DNA from: Candidatus Bathyarchaeota archaeon
Lineage (GTDB): Archaea > Thermoproteota > Bathyarchaeia > TCS64
Direction of reading: 5' to 3'
Length of the DNA: 64,000 nucleotides
Assembly (NCBI GenBank): GCA_963771885.1
Contig: CAVYVF010000023.1
Location: forward strand, 448,001-512,000
Positions 61,928 to 64,000 of the stretch are shown piece after piece. A program made the position numbers and the translations under genes. The first letter of the stretch is position 1, and the number at the start of each line of letters is the position of its first letter. Below the pieces are notes generated by a model. The model was not told where the DNA came from, did no database searches, and saw only the letters and a list, made by a program, of their open reading frames with translations.

Positions 61928-61965
61928 AACAAGTGGTATCAGAATCAAGATGTTTTTTGGCGGGG

Positions 61966-62712
61966 CTACTTCGCCGCCTTTAGCGCCTGCTCGGCGCCGT
62001 AGGCAAGGAAGCCGTCGGCCTCGCCGACGGTGTTATAGATGAAGCCCTTCTCCACCGCCCACTTGATATTGCCCATATTCGAGTATAAGCCGGGCGCCTT
62101 GTCGTACTTGTCGCAGGCGTGGAGCACAGCCTCGATTGCTCCGAGGAAGCGGGGGTTATCCCACTGCGGCGGGATGCCGATGCCCATGTTGTTGCTCAGG
62201 TCATAAGGCCCGATGAAGAGAGCGTCGATACCATCGACGGATGCGATCTCCTCAAGGTTGTCAACCGCTGTCTGGGTCTCCACCTGCACGCTGACAAGTA
62301 TCTCGTCGTTTGCCGTGGCACGGTAGTCGGGGTCGAAGCGCGCCGCCCTACGGGGACCCCAGCCCCTGATGCCCTTCGGCGGGTACTTGCACGCCTGCAC
62401 TACTGCCTCAGCCTCCTCCTTCGTGTTGACCCACGGGACGAGTACGCCATATGCGCCAATGTCGAGGACACGCTTGATGATGACTGGGTCGTTCCACTGG
62501 ACGCGGACTATAGGGGTGCAGTTGCTCCCATTCATCGCCATGAGCATCGTCTGCATTGTCTCGAGTCCCAGCGGCCCATGCTCGCCGTCGATGAGCAGCC
62601 AGTCGAATCCCGCCCTGCTCAGCGTCTCAGTCACGTCTGGGTGTCCGAGTCCTACGAAAGCACCTACAACGGCCTTCCCCTTCTGCAGTTTATCCTTGAG
62701 TGGGTTCTTCAT
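61966..62712 (-). CDS. HpcH/HpaI aldolase family
   Basis: GFDWLLIDGEHGP, IKRVLDIGA, YPPKGIRG, QVET, FIGPYDLS. Confidence 0.93.
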   Translation of the reverse strand: MKNPLKDKLQKGKAVVGAFVGLGHPDVTETLSRAGFDWLLIDGEHGPLGLETMQTMLMAMNGSNCTPIVRVQWNDPVIIKRVLDIGAYGVLVPWVNTKEEAEAVVQACKYPPKGIRGWGPRRAARFDPDYRATANDEILVSVQVETQTAVDNLEEIASVDGIDALFIGPYDLSNNMGIGIPPQWDNPRFLGAIEAVLHACDKYDKAPGLYSNMGNIKWAVEKGFIYNTVGEADGFLAYGAEQALKAAK

Positions 62713-62758
62713 CCTATCATCAATCCCCTGAATGGAGGAGGGTTGGCGATATAAGCAC

Positions 62759-63538
62759 TCAGTCAAGGACTGCGTACAGGGCGGAGACGCGCCCCGGGTA
62801 CTTTTTAGCTATCCTTGCCTTTCCGAGATTCTCCTTGACGATGCTCCTCCAAGGCTTGACACCCGCCCTGATCCACACCTCGAACTGGTCCAGGTAGCTC
62901 TCGTCGGCTTCCGCCGCTACGGAGAGGGTAAAGCCCAGGCTCTTGGCCAGAACCTCTAGATTGGCTGTCTTCTCTGAGCTTGCGACAAGTTCCATTCCGA
63001 TATGATTGTATTTTTTCAATGCGTCGAGTTGCTCTACGCTATCGATTAACTGGTTTGGGTGGGCGAGGGCGACTATGGCGTTCCTAACGACGATGGGATT
63101 CGTTTCGGTGCACCACTTATCGATCAGGGTGAGGGAGAAGTTCCGCCTCCTGGATAGAAGTTCTTCTAGTGCGAAAGTTACGCCCTCGCGCGCCCTCCAG
63201 AGCTTGCTGAAGTTACCCTCATAGAGTATCGGCACCGCCCAAGGCTCTTCGGCGGGACACACCGAGAGTATATAACCAAGCGCCATGTGGGCGGTAAACA
63301 ACAAATATTCGTCGCCTGATGAGACCCAACTCTCGATTAGTGCACGTAGGAACCGCTCCTCAGCGCCCCAGCCACCAGCTATGAGCCTTGAAGCCTCTGT
63401 AGCGAGGGTGATATTCCCCCTTGGACCGGGTAGACCCGAGTGCCTCGACATAAAATCAGTCAGCGGCTCTGAACGACGATCAGCTACAAGCCTGCTCCAC
63501 GAGCGTCGTAGTTCCTCCGCCGACTCTATCTCCCCCAT
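62759..63538 (-). CDS. hypothetical helical-repeat (HEAT-like) protein
   Basis: SGLPGPRGN motif, WRAREGV, LGFTLSVA, IVKENLGKAR; function unknown. Confidence 0.65.
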   Translation of the reverse strand: MGEIESAEELRRSWSRLVADRRSEPLTDFMSRHSGLPGPRGNITLATEASRLIAGGWGAEERFLRALIESWVSSGDEYLLFTAHMALGYILSVCPAEEPWAVPILYEGNFSKLWRAREGVTFALEELLSRRRNFSLTLIDKWCTETNPIVVRNAIVALAHPNQLIDSVEQLDALKKYNHIGMELVASSEKTANLEVLAKSLGFTLSVAAEADESYLDQFEVWIRAGVKPWRSIVKENLGKARIAKKYPGRVSALYAVLD

Positions 63539-63615
63539 AGACACCACAAACCAGTGAGGACAATCTATTTAATAAGAGACCGCAACCATTACTCGAAACA
63601 CTAGGGTGAAATAGA

Positions 63616-64000
63616 ATGGTACAGTATCTGAGCCTCGACTTCTGGAAGAAGGTCCAGGAACTAGCCAACGTCGATCAGGAGTTCGGTATCAAGGCGAAAC
63701 TCTTCGCCGCCACATTCACGTTCAAGGTCAGCGACAAAGCCGACCTCAAACCCGTCTACGTAAAGTTCGCCGACGGCAAGATAGCCGAGCTACGCAACGT
63801 CAACGAGGGAGAGAAGACAGACTTCAGCCTTGAGGGCACATACGATGTCTGGAGCAAGGTCAACAAGGGCGAGCTAGATGGCAGCAACGCCATCATGCAG
63901 CGCCAGCTACAGTTCAAGGGTAACATGAGTAACATCATCCGCTATAGCAAGAGCTTCCTCAGGCTCTTCCAGCTGATGCAAAAGGTCCCTGTCGAGTACT
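63616..64000 (+). CDS. SCP2 sterol/lipid-binding domain protein (runs to the window edge; absent from the ORF track)
   Basis: MVQYLSLDFWKKVQELAN...TDFSLEGTYDVWSKVNKGELDGSNAIMQRQLQFKGNM. Confidence 0.85.
   Translation, partial: MVQYLSLDFWKKVQELANVDQEFGIKAKLFAATFTFKVSDKADLKPVYVKFADGKIAELRNVNEGEKTDFSLEGTYDVWSKVNKGELDGSNAIMQRQLQFKGNMSNIIRYSKSFLRLFQLMQKVPVEY

Noticed and set aside
61757..61948. N-terminal extension of the OsmC ORF
   Set aside because: It is the antisense strand of tRNA-Thr(TGT); the real start is at 61756.

Overview
This 64 kb window comes from a GC-rich archaeal chromosome. The 16S-23S operon has no spacer tRNA and no adjacent 5S, and the window also holds PCNA, archaeal RNase P RNA and an intron-containing tRNA. 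Together these point to the TACK group; Bathyarchaeia is my inference, not a classifier result. Most of the window is housekeeping or anaerobic heterotroph metabolism: guaB, a split purH, an AOR operon, iorAB, a membrane PPase, thiL, a dihydroorotase-family enzyme, methionine gamma-lyase and several SDRs. Four tRNAs are present. About a dozen genes carry single-base indels that look like uncorrected long-read errors, so single-base observations need read-level checks. The most notable signals are five. (1) A 48-bp direct repeat of the RNase P RNA 3' end brackets a 2.8 kb lower-GC islet, followed by a very AT-rich glycosyltransferase islet that ends at a third, decayed copy; this looks like tandem site-specific integration at rnpB. 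(2) A RadA-like/PolB2 cassette sits beside PCNA and tRNA-Leu; the polymerase keeps an intact YGDTDS motif, and the small partner protein is fused to the RadA-like protein. (3) A GNAT acetyltransferase is fused to an SSB-like OB fold. (4) A cytoplasmic reductive dehalogenase-like gene is present. (5) Two tRNA-Thr genes have C instead of U at position 55.
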